This document shows positions 13,801-25,564 of a DNA stretch of 64,000 nucleotides, piece after piece (position 1 is the first letter of the stretch; each line of letters starts with the position of its first letter). Position numbers and translations under genes: made by a program. Source of the DNA: Eledone cirrhosa (lineage: Eukaryota); contig OZ024741.1 of the NCBI GenBank assembly GCA_964016885.1, positions 341,124,001-341,188,000 on the forward strand, written 5' to 3'. The notes under the pieces are model-generated. The model was not told the origin of the DNA. It was given only the letters and a program-made list of their open reading frames with translations, and did not search any database.

Positions 13801-14177
13801 TTTTGATTCTGATGGTGTTCTACAAAATTTTATTAACAAAATTACACTTGGATTAACTAAACAGTTATCTTATTCATTTTTCCCAAGCATTTCAGACATT
13901 TCTGTCAATTTGGAAAGCTGCCAAAATTCTCCTGAAATATAGACCAGCTTAGCTTCTAATATAAAAAAAATAATTTTTAAACCAATTAATTTACATGTAG
14001 TAAACCATTTTTGTAGTGTATTTGATAAATTTATTATAAAGTTTCTATATTTTGTTTTTACTATAGTTGTACTATCTATCAAAATAACTCTTACTTTTAT
14101 ATTGTATAGAAAACACTAAAATGATATCAGACACCACAAGACTTACCCATATATCACAGCTGAAATATACTAACACA

Positions 14178-14830
14178 CAGGGCCTCTGCTACCATTAAGG
14201 CCAACTGGATAGTTGCCAGGGGCTCAGTCCTCAGAGGAGCACACTATTGAACTTTAAAGAGTTGGTGCTATCACTAAGGCCAACTAGGCAGCTGCCTAAG
14301 GTGCAGGCCTCGGATAGGGGTATTACTAATTCTTACATGGATCTTACTACCATTAATATCAACTAGGCAGCTGCATAGGATGCAGATCTCAGAGAGGGGT
14401 ATTACTGAACCTTAAATGATCACAGTTTTAATCCATTTCGTATAATTAATTTAAATATATAATAATTTCCTGCAATGAATAAATAAATCACTAAACATAT
14501 TTGCTGTGTTGCAGCATTGTGAAAATATCCAAAGTGGCGAAGAGGGTCATAAGGTGTTGTGTGGACTGTAAAGTAGAAAATGCTGGTAAGTAATTTTCTT
14601 AGTAAGAAGTGTCAAAAACTAGTCATCAGCTTACCAAACTGTAAGTTGAAATTATTTTATTTGAGAGAAGGGATATGGATTGTGGGTCTAGCTTAGGATT
14701 CTAGATACCCATACACATATTTTACAATTAGCCTAGGAGTTTAATTACCCAGGAATACATTGTAGATTTAGTTTAAAGTCATATATTGTAGAGCTAGCGT
14801 AAGGTGCTAAATACCCAGGTACAGGCTCTG
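14178..14830. mobile_element. hAT-type MITE with 8-bp TSD
   Basis: CTAACACA on both sides (14170-14177, 14831-14838); termini CAGGGCC.../...GGCTCTG; three ~79 bp subterminal repeats at 14188-14420. Confidence 0.75.
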
Positions 14831-15884
14831 CTAACACAACTCTACATACTTAAATGACAATCTAATGCTATAATAGAAACCTGCAAAATCTCTTGAACAC
14901 AAGATGATTCTTGAGTTGTGTCAGAGACATGACAACCTCCTTAGTGCTGGTGCCATGATAAAATGCACTTGCTAGATTATGGGAACGTTTTGCAAGTGAT
15001 ATGTGGACCTCTGGCCCACCTGAACACCCTGTACAGATCAGGAATTTAAATAAGTGAGATGGAGGCTTCCTGCCCATCTGAAAGGTCAGTAGCTCTGCTT
15101 GAGGACTGATTCAGTTTGTGACTACCAGTCCAAATCTTGCTAGCAGGGCAAACAGATGAGGATGATGATGATGATGATGAATGATAATAACAATTATTAA
15201 TAATTGTTTCTACTTTTAGCATGAGGCCAGCAATTATTCTAGTGCATTACTGGTACTTTATTTTATCGACCCCATAACAATTATTAATAATAACAACAGC
15301 AACATCAATAATAATATTCCTTTAGATTATATTTATTTTTTACACTTGTTGATTACAGAGAAAGAAAAATGAGTTTTGTCTGTTTCAATAATAATAACAA
15401 TGATGAAGATAATGATGATGATGATGATAATTTAGGTGCAATGCCAGTAATTGGTGAGGAGGGAGACGTTGATTAAATTGATCTCAGTACTTCAATTAAA
15501 TATCGAAATATCCAAGAAAAGCTAGCATTAAATCTTAACAATGAAAAGATTTAGAAGAAAATATTCAAAAGGTTTATTAATTAAAGCATTTGTAGTGTCT
15601 TTACTAGTGGATATATCATTGTGAAAATTTGCAGTATTAGAGTAAAGACTTTAATTTTTATTGTGATGTAGTCATAATGCTGCTTTTTAGTTTTCAGAAT
15701 GTTATGCTAATATGTTTTTAATTTAAATGTTTATAGTATCTTTACTAGTAGTCAAATCGTTGTGAAAGGATAGATTTTAATTTCTAATGTGATTAAGAGA
15801 TAGTTTTGTTTTATACTTTATAAGAATGCCTTTCTAATGCAGTTTCAAGTGGTATAGGATATTAATTATTAAAACATTTTGCGT

Positions 15885-17350
15885 ATCTAAAGATGAAAAC
15901 TGTAAGCTGTACAATGCCTGCATGCATTCAGCAATGCTACATGGTAGCGAAATATGGGTTCTGCATGCTGAGGACTTGCTGGAAAGAAACAAAGCATACA
16001 TATGGTCAGATGGATGTGTAACTGAAGTGTATGTGAATGGCAAAGTGTTAATGTATTAAGAGTGAAACTAGGTATAAGAGGGATCAAATGCTAGGTACAA
16101 GAGAGAAGTCTGTGAACCTATAGTCACGTGATGTGCATGAAGGATGACAGCTGCTTAAAGAGGTGTAGGGCTTTAAGTGTTGCGGGAAGCACGAAGAGAG
16201 GAAGACCAAGGAAACCTCCCAATGGAGATGACACAAGACCAAGTCCTCTGGTACTACAAGGTTCAACAAAAGACCCATTCCAACAACTCAGCATTGAACA
16301 TGGATGAAATTGGCAGGACCTAACCCCACACAGCAAACAAGGTCCATGGCAGGTCCACAAGAATTTCATCACAGTCATTCAGTGCGGGGCTCTATAAGTG
16401 AATGTGATCTCATGAAGGGTTCATCATGTAAAGAGTGCCCAGGTCACCCAGCACTGGGTTCTGAACTTGAACTGAGGATCAGCATCGCCAACTGGCCTGT
16501 CCCTGCACATAGTGGAGCCATCCAGTCCCTGGCTCCAAAAAGGTAGTTTCATATTAAGAAATGTTCATTGTGTGGAGAGAGCCTGGCTCCAAAACTGGGA
16601 GACTGCTGTGAGTAGGGTTCAGCATGGCCAACTGGCCTGTCTCTCCTCACAGTGGTGTGCTACAGTGCCAGGCTCCAAAAACTGTATTCCTTCTGTGAGC
16701 CAGGCTCCCATACTGTGTGGTCCTGCACTTATCCTTCCTCATAGCGGAGTCATCCAGTATCGGGCCCCTAAACCATGGGTATGCTGTGAGGTGGGTTTGG
16801 TGCAGCCAACTGGCCTGTCCTTCCTCATAGCGATGCCATCCAATACTGGGCCATGAAACTATGGCTATGCTGTGAGTTGGGTAAGGCTCCTCGTATTGGT
16901 GTCGTCCAGTACTGGGCTCCAACTGGCCTCTTTGCATGGTAGTTCCATCCAACGCCAGACTCCCAAACTGTGGCCCTGCAACTGTCCCTCCTCATCCAGT
17001 ACTGGCCCTAAAAATGGTGGCTATGCTGTAAGATAGGTCAGGCTCCTTCCAGTACTGGGCTCCTAAACTATGGCTCTGCTGTGAGATGGCTCAGGCTCCA
17101 AAACTGGTTACTTTGTGAGAGGGGTTCGACACGGCCAGCTGGCCTGTCCCTCCTCATGCCATCCAATCACACACTGAAAATGGTGTTAGGAACAGAATCC
17201 AGCTCTAAACTACCTGGCCAAATTTATAGTCCTTGCCAGAGCAAAGCATGACGTGGTAAACCATGGCCAGACTTGCCTCCTGGCATGGATGACCCATCTG
17301 ACCCATGCAAGCATGGAGGAATTGATGGTAAACAGAAATGGTGATGATGA
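15885..17350 (+). mobile_element. Old RTE 3' end whose UTR contains a degenerate GC-rich minisatellite (16440-17165)
   Basis: LYNAC..SAMLHGSE remnant; repeated GCCAACTGGCCTGTC...CCATCCAGT...GGCTCC units; RTE/SINE tail at 17170-17350. Confidence 0.6.
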
Positions 17351-17502
17351 GGATATATATATACATACAAATATGTGTGTACATATGTATATATATGAAT
17401 GTATATATAGTGTATTTTGCAATACACTGTATACTTAATTAAAAGCATTTCGAAGACCTTACGCTATTGTTTTAGAGTAGTGACAGTCTCACTTACTTTA
17501 AA

Positions 17503-17595
17503 TTTTCAGCAAACAGGGGAGATAAAGCTGACAGAGCTCTGTTTCGTACTGATTGGTACTTATCAAAGCCAAGTACTCCACCTGTTTGCTGAAAA
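17503..17595 (-). ncRNA. Type I hammerhead ribozyme, U3-A8 core
   Basis: Exact reverse complement of 17789-17881. Confidence 0.8.
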
Positions 17596-17788
17596 TCATG
17601 AATGTTTGATTCTTATAGAATTCTAGTAATAATCAGGAACTGATTATATAGAGCGGTTGCCGGTCAAGCAGAAATTGAAAATTAGAATTGGTGCTCTGAA
17701 ATAGCGATATATATATGAATGTATATATAGTGTATTTTGCAATACACTGTATGCTTAATTAAAAGCATTTCGAATCAAATATTCATGA

Positions 17789-17881
17789 TTTTCAGCAAAC
17801 AGGTGGAGTACTTGGCTTTGATAAGTACCAATCAGTACGAAACAGAGCTCTGTCAGCTTTATCTCCCCTGTTTGCTGAAAA
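17789..17881 (+). ncRNA. Type I hammerhead ribozyme, U3-A8 core
   Basis: TTTTCAGCAAACAGG..GGCT-TTGATAA-GTAC(caatca)GTAC-GAAA-CAGAGCTCTG-TC-AGCT..CCTGTTTGCTGAAAA; predicted cleavage after GUC at 17854. Confidence 0.8.
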
Positions 17882-18264
17882 TTTAAAGTAAGTGAGACTG
17901 TCACTACTCTAAAACAATAGCGTAAGGTCTTCGAAATGCTTTTAATTAAGCACACAGTGTATTACAAAATACACTATATATACATTCATATATATATCGC
18001 TATTTCAGAGCACCAATTCTAATGTATATATATATATGTGTGTGTGTATATGTATATATATATATGTGTGTGTGTGAATATATATTCATATATATATATG
18101 TATGTATATGATTGTTTACATATGTATGTATATATATGCATGTATGTATATATATATATATATATATACATATATCAAGGATTCAGGACCCCGACAGCTG
18201 AACTCCTGCCATTTCAACAACTTGATCCTAACTGAGTCTAGCTGTTGAAATGCCAAGAGCCGCC

Positions 18265-18600
18265 GTAGTAGTAGTAAAGAGGTTCGTTGTTGTGATAATG
18301 GTCAGCAGGGATGTATGTGCGAACCGCAGCCTGTTGTAAGACAAGTGTGAGTGTGTGTGTGTGTGTGTGTAGCAGAGTAATTCGTGGTAGAGGGATGGTC
18401 AGTAGGAATGTGTCTGTAAGTGTGTGGGGGATATTTTAACATGTTAAAATATATTTTTCAGCTCTTGTCTTATACGGAGATTCTGCTACACACACACACA
18501 CTTGTCTTAATAGGCATCTGAACTGTCAACAGGCTGCGGTTCGCACACACATCCCTGCTGACCATTATCACAACAACGAACCTCTTTACTACTACTACTA
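18265..18600. repeat. Inverted repeat, ~110 bp arms
   Basis: 18265-18376 vs 18481-18600, with a 17-bp insertion in the right arm. Confidence 0.7.
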
Positions 18601-19061
18601 CACACACATATTTGTTTTGAAAGACTTATTTTTCAGTGACTTCTCAATCAGCCGACACAAACCTACATTTGGCGCAAAATCAATTTTTAACATTCACATG
18701 ACCTCTACCGACCAATCAAAATTGTTTTGACCACAAGAATTTTTGCGAATTGGCGCGAAACTTATTTTAATACATCTGGAGCCACTTTTTTCACATAAAA
18801 AACAGGTAGAATTTCCAAAACTAATCAGATTAGAGCAAACATCACGGGCGCTCTATCTCAAAATTATTTTTGAAAAGCATTAGAAATGCGCAACCGGTAA
18901 AACTTAAAACAAAAACTGAATACTAACCAATACTATTACTAATATTCACTTATTCCTAATTAAACTATTTTTTACTGTGAACAATTTGTCAGCATTTTCT
19001 TTTCCGTTTAACAATATATATATATATATATGCATATACATATACATATATATATATACAT

Positions 19062-19114
<53 letters not shown>

Positions 19115-19219
19115 TATATACATATACATATATATATATATACATACATATATATATACATACATATATATACATATATATATATACATATACATATATA
19201 TATATACATAGATATATAG

Positions 19220-19250
<31 letters not shown>

Positions 19251-19317
19251 GATACATATACATATATATATATACATATACATATATATATACATAAAAA
19301 TATATATGTATATATAA

Positions 19318-19383
<66 letters not shown>

Positions 19384-19387
19384 ATGT

Positions 19388-21684
19388 GCATGTTCTACAA
19401 CGCGATGACCAAAAACGTGAGGTGTTCAGGATTGCTAGGCAATGCGTCAAGGAAAACCGTGATATTGTCGGGGAGAAGTGTGGACTAAACGACGATGGCA
19501 CACTTGCCATCACCGACGCTGATAAGAAGGTAGCTTGGAAGTGTCACTATGAAAGGCTACTAAATGAGGAGAATAAATGGGAGAAAGACAGTCTCCCCCA
19601 TATCGACCCAATAGAGGGACCAGCAGTGTTAGTCGAGGGGAGTATAATAAGTAAGGCAATCAAGGATATGAAGACGGGTAAGGCGGCTGGGCCTTCGGAA
19701 ATAGTTGCTGAGATGCTGAAGGCATCTGGCACGGTGGGACACACCATGGTCACCCGCATAGTTAACCAAGTCGTACAGAATGGGGTTGTTCCGAAGGACT
19801 GGCATAGCAGCATCATCGTTAACTGTTATAAGGGTAAAGGAGACGCCCTAGATAGGAGTAACTATAGAGGCATTAAATTAATCGACCAGGTCATGAAGGT
19901 CACGCAAAAAGTAATAGCGCAACTAATCAGAGAGAGAATCGATCTAGATGAAATGCAGTTCGGGTTTGTGTCAGGCAAAAGTACCACAGACGCTCTTTTC
20001 ATAGTACGACAACTACAGGAGAAGTACCTAGCTAAAGGTAAACCGCTCTACTTAGCTTTTGTCGACTTGGAGAAAGCCTTCGACAGAGACCCCGCTCCAT
20101 TATCTGGTGGGCTCTTAGAAAACTAGGCGTTGACGAATGGCTTGTGAGGGCTATACAAGCCATGTATAAAGAAACAGTCAGCAAGGTTAGAATTAACAAC
20201 GAATATAGTGAAGAGTTTAGCGTAAAAGTTGGCGTCCATCAGGGCTCTGTTCTCAGCCCCCTACTATTTATTATTGCCCTTCAGGCTATAACAGAGGAGT
20301 TCAAGACAGGCTGCCCATGGGAACTCCTATACGCAGACGACCTGACACTCATAGCGGAATCAATGGCCGAGCTAGAGAAGAAATTCCAAACATGGAAGCA
20401 CGGCCTAGAGTCAAAAGGACTTAAAATTAACCTGGCTAAGACCAAAGTTCTAGTTTGTAGGAAAGAAAACAAGGCGGCGGTCCCTTCTGGGAAATGGTCG
20501 TGCTCGGTGTGTAGGAAAGGCGTAGGTAGAAACTCCATTTTATGTCCTAAATGCAAAGTATGGGTGCATAAAAGATGTAGTGGGATCACAGGTAAGCTAA
20601 CTAAGAACATAGATTTTACATGTGGCCGGTGTTCTGGTGCAATAAGTAGCAGCAAGTGCCCACAAAATACTAGCTCTTTCAATTGCGCAGAGGGTTCTAT
20701 AGAAATAGTGGACAGCTTCCGTTACCTGGGAGATAAAATCAGCAGTGGGGGAGGGTGCTCTGAAAGTACTGTAGCTAGAGTCAGAACTGGTTGGAAAAAG
20801 TTCAGAGAGCTTATACCACTATTAGCTGCTAAAGGGTTCTCCCTAAAAATGAAAGGCAGGTTGTACGATGCCTGCATACGAACAGCAATGCTGCATGGCA
20901 GTGAGACCTGGGCATTGTGTGCAGAGGATATACGCAGACTAGAGAGGAACGAAGCTTGCATGCTCCGCTGGATGTGTAACAGTAATATACGTGAACGGCA
21001 AAGCATAAACGAACTAAGGAAAAAATTAGAGATAAGAGGGATCAGATGTTGTTTACTCGAGAGAAGGCTACGTTGGTATGGACACGTGATGCGCATGAAA
21101 GTCGATAGCTGTATAACAAAGTGCAGGGCAATAAAGATAGACGGTAGTCACGGAATAGGCAGACCTAGAAAAACCTGGGACGAGCTGATAAACTCCGACA
21201 TCACACACTTACACCTCTCCAAGACAATGTCACTGGACCGAGACCTTTGGCGGTACTCAGTAACAGAAAAGACCCGCCTTACCTAAATATATAGTAAAAC
21301 CTACTCCAACCAGTAGGCATCTCTAACAAAATACACCCCGTCCCACCACCACCACCCCCACCCCATCCACACCACCCCGTTCTATGTAAAGTTATGTTGG
21401 TGCCGCGCCATAGGCCGAAACAAATGAGATCGTGTAGGTGTCACGACAAAAAAACACACAGTCCACGCTGTAATGTGGCCGTGTAGGCAACACGGTAAAA
21501 ACCTCCCAGACCCACACTGTAAATGTGGTTGGTGTTAGGAAGGGCATCCAACTGTAGAAAACCTGCCAGACAGTCCTATGCGAGCAAGACAATTACTCTT
21601 GCCTCAAGTGGGACTACCCCCGTCCAAACCCATGCAAGCGTGGAACACGGACGTTAAACGTTGATGATGATGATGATGATGATG
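19388..21684 (+). mobile_element. 5'-truncated RTE-clade LINE with an internal Cys/His (PHD-like) finger; one frameshift near 20090
   Basis: [68 protein letters not shown]; 3' UTR ends in (TGA)n. Confidence 0.95.
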
Positions 21685-22225
21685 TATATTAGGTATAAAA
21701 TACTCACTATAAAATAACTTAACATTCGAACCCGTAACTATAACATTGCTTTCTAGCTAACCACTTTCTCTTCCGCCACACTACAAGACAATACCCTGCT
21801 TATCACTATAAATGGAAACTTAGTGCAATTCGCAGATTACTACTATGAACCCAATGTTCAGCCACCCCATAGCTTTCGTCTGTCCCCTCTCTATCTCTCC
21901 CTCTCTATCCATTCCACTCTCTATCTCTCTCGCCCTAGGCCTACCTCCCTCCCTCTCCACATCTATGAACCTGCCCTCTAGGGCAATAAATAATTCCAAC
22001 CTTGACTATCAACGCATCGCTTAAGAAGGTCGCTTTAAGAGTAACCAGTATAATAAAACCCCTACCACAACATTTTGATTAAGATATCTACAAACCACTC
22101 TCTCCCATTTCTCCAGCCCCTGCATATCTTTCTCTCTTTCTTCCTCTCCCCTTTTCTCTCTTCCTTTTCTACTCTATCTTCCCCAATAACCTCACCTAAG
22201 GGTATTTCCATTGTACATTTTAACC

Positions 22226-22349
22226 ATTCTGCTCTGATGATACAGTGGTCACAGCATTTGATAATTGGGTTTTGCAAATAGTTATAAATTTGCACATAGC
22301 ATAACTAGGCTGTATAACCACCGTGGAAACATTTGTAAGCACACAGAAT
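22226..22349 (+). ncRNA. Hammerhead ribozyme with canonical core and long stem II
   Basis: TGCT-CTGATGA(22234-22240)-TACAGTGGTCACAGC...GCTGTATAACCACCGTG-GAAA-CATTTG-TA-AGCA. Confidence 0.65.
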
Positions 22350-22759
22350 AAATTACTTTTTTATGATGTCTACCTGTTATTATTCATTCTTTATATATAT
22401 GTATATGTATATATATCTGTATGTATATAATATATATATGTATATATGTATATGGATATGTATATGTATATGTATATATGTATATGTATATGTATATATA
22501 TATATATATCTTTATGTATATGTATATGTATATGTATATATATATGTATATATATACATATACATATACATATATATATACACATATACATGTACATATA
22601 TATATATACACATACATATATATATATATACATATATACATATACATAAAAATATATATGTATATATATATATGTATAAATATATATATGTATATGTATG
22701 TATATATTTTTTTATGTATATATATGTATATGTATATGTATATATATATATATGTATAT

Positions 22760-22917
22760 ATGGAGGTGCCACGGCAAAAAAGCACCCAGCACTCACTGTA
22801 AATCAGGTTGGTGTTAGGAAGGGCATCCAGCTGTAGAAATCAAGCCAGAATCAGTTCCCGTCCCACCCTTGCAAGCAAAGAAAAGCGGACGTAAAATGAA
22901 ATGATGATGATGATGAT
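22760..22917 (+). mobile_element. 3' part of an RTE-tailed SINE
   Basis: GGTTGGTGTTAGGAAGGGCATCCAGCTGTAG...(ATG)n. Confidence 0.75.
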
Positions 22918-23008
22918 ATATATACTGTATATATATGTATATATATATATGTATATATATATGTATATATGTATGTATATGTATATGTATATATATGTAT
23001 ATGTATAC

Positions 23009-23041
<33 letters not shown>

Positions 23042-23163
23042 TATGTATACATATACATATATATATATGCATATACATATACATATACATATATATATAC
23101 ATACACATATATATATATATAGAGAGAGATTACAATAATCAAAGTTCAGTTTAAGTCATTTAT

Positions 23164-23212
23164 TTGCTTACAATTGTTTCCTCCAAACCGAGGTTTGGAT
23201 TCTTCGGAGCAA
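23164..23212 (-). ncRNA. Minimal PLE-type hammerhead ribozyme (U4C core)
   Basis: TTGCT-CCGAAGA-A-TCCAAAC(ctcg)GTTTGGA-G-GAAA-CAATTG-TA-AGCAA. Confidence 0.7.
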
Positions 23213-25104
23213 CTATTTACTGATCTATAACATACTTGACCTCCTTTTCAACCCAAGAGACACATAAAACATATACGCATATTGATCAACAGTGGGGTGA
23301 CACTCATCAAATGATATAGCATGGCAATTTACATGTAAAGGTTACAGGATAACAATAAAAACAAAAATAAAAATAAAAGCAAGAATGAAAATAAAGATAA
23401 ACATGAAGCGTTGGCAGTCTATGAAGATAAAGCAAGAGGAAAGCTTAGAGTAGTCAGTGCATGAAACAATCTCACGTGTAGCATGCACGCGTGTCTTATT
23501 TATATATGATTAGAGTGCGTCAGAATGATATTTGCAGGGTCAGGCAGTTGAAGCAGGCAATCGATCTTATTATGTGGGCTGAATTATTAAGTCATTTATT
23601 CTCAAACATCTGTATGATATACAGTCTCGGATGCAGGGAAACACCAAAATATCAGAAACTTTCAACATACTATAAACCTTATTGTATCGTAGGCAAAGCC
23701 GTACCACTGTCTTCGCTCACACCACCACTCACATAATCCATGAGACGCAATATATAGAACACGTGTCTATCGTATAATTCGCGATGGTTCAGCATATAAT
23801 CAAGTTATAAACCATATCCAGTCGGTTCTTAATTAATAGATCATGCTGTCCAGATTCCGGAAGTGTCTGAATGACTAAGGGGAATTAATGCGTAAGGGGA
23901 GGTAACTAGCTAGTTATCTTAGTTAAATTACTATCCTAAACTACATTAATGGTGATTCAAATACGTGCCTATCATATGAAGTTATAACTAATTTCTAGAG
24001 TATGTTTCCCAATTATAGGTTAGAGAGTTGTCCATTAAGAAGTACAAGGGTGTATATATTAAGATGATTACCATACATTAAGGGGTGTCCTATCTGAACA
24101 TTCTATAAGAGGAGTCAGACTCTCAAGTCACTGTTCCATGCAAATGTAATATAACAGTAGGACCTGGTATGGTCCCACTATTATATATGCCCCCCGGTAG
24201 GCTCCGGGTCATTGCATGTCTGAATCTCCGGTAAATCTTCGGTATGGTCCGGAGATCTAATTTCACATATAAAGGCACTAGTCTGGTCGTCAAGGAATAG
24301 AAAACCCCCATCTCATATATAAATCAATTAAGTATCACATCTACAAGTTAGAGTGGAGTCTATTAATAGGTACTAAAGGAGTTCACATCAAGATGATTAC
24401 AATCTGGAGATTAAATCTCTCATACCAGGGCACCTGTCTGGCCACCAAGCAATACATAAACTCACATCCCACATATAGATCGGGTATCCCATCCACAAGC
24501 TAGAGTGGAGTCCAGTAACAAGTACTAAAGGAGTTCGTATCATGATGACTACAATCCAATATGGGGTGCCACACCCGGCCAATCCATAAGAAGAGTCAGA
24601 CTACATAATTAATTACATGGGTCTCACTATCAGTAATGGTCTTATTATCATACATGACTCCCGGCGAGATTCAGGTCGTGGTATGACTGCATCCCCGGTA
24701 AATTCACCAGGGTGGTCCGGTGGCCGGTTCTCTCGTCAAAAGGTGCCGGTCAGGTCACCAGGCAACACAGAGGCTCCTAACTCATGCATCTCCTGTGCAT
24801 AATCCATTGGACTGATCGTTTACAGTATATATTTACATAATAACCCGAAAAGAAAAGATCAACATCATAGGTAAATACTGAGCAGCAGGTTTTATGTCGG
24901 AGTTATCCCAGTTTCCTGAGTTGCCTTCTCCTAGAAGAATGCCCTGACAAAGGCTAGGGGTCCTTCACTCCCAGCGGTTTAAACGCGTGATCAGGTATAC
25001 ATGTATATATACATACATATATATACACATATATATATATATACATATACACATATATATATACATATATATATACATATATCTATATATATACATATAT
25101 ATAT

Positions 25105-25450
25105 ACCTCTTAACCAAAATACACCCCCGTCCCACTACCCCTACCCCCACCGCCATCTACACCACCCCTTTCGATGTAAAGCTATGTTGGTACCACAACA
25201 CCCAGTCCTAAACAAATGAGGTCGTGTAGGTGTCACGACAAAAAAACACACAGTCCACGCTGTAATGTGGCCGTGTAGGTAACACGGGAAAAACCTGCCA
25301 GTTCACACTGTAAACGTGGTTGGTGTTAGGAAGGGCATCCAACCGTAGAAAACCCGCCAGACAGTCCTATACGAGCAAGACAACCAATCTTGCCTCAAGT
25401 GGGACAATTCCCGTCCAGACCCATACTAGCGTGGAAGATGATGATGATGA
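25105..25450 (+). mobile_element. RTE LINE 3' UTR-only copy
   Basis: Collinear with 21320-21684 and with 27802-28160 (-). Confidence 0.85.
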
Positions 25451-25564
25451 TACATATACATATATATATATATATATATATGCATATACATATATATATA
25501 CAAATATATACATATATATATATAATATATACTATACATATATACATATAAATATGTATATATA

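Larger units (their letters stand above)
17391..18023. mobile_element. Retrozyme-like HHR repeat: 1.2 tandem 320-bp units (- strand) plus an inverted partial copy (+ strand)
   Basis: Direct repeat period 320 (17391 vs 17711); 17772-18023 is an inverted copy; sits in a TA-rich microsatellite. Confidence 0.75.

Noticed and set aside
18946-19391. Long YIYI/MYMY ORFs here and at 22.4-23.1, 32.1, 33.5, 39.8, 41.5, 44.8 and 59.6 kb
   Set aside because: Translations of (TA)n/(TACA)n microsatellites, which lack stop codons; not genes.
24940-24995. CCTGACAA...AAACGCGTGATCAGG hammerhead-like end
   Set aside because: GAAA and core positions are not intact; cannot be supported without other copies.
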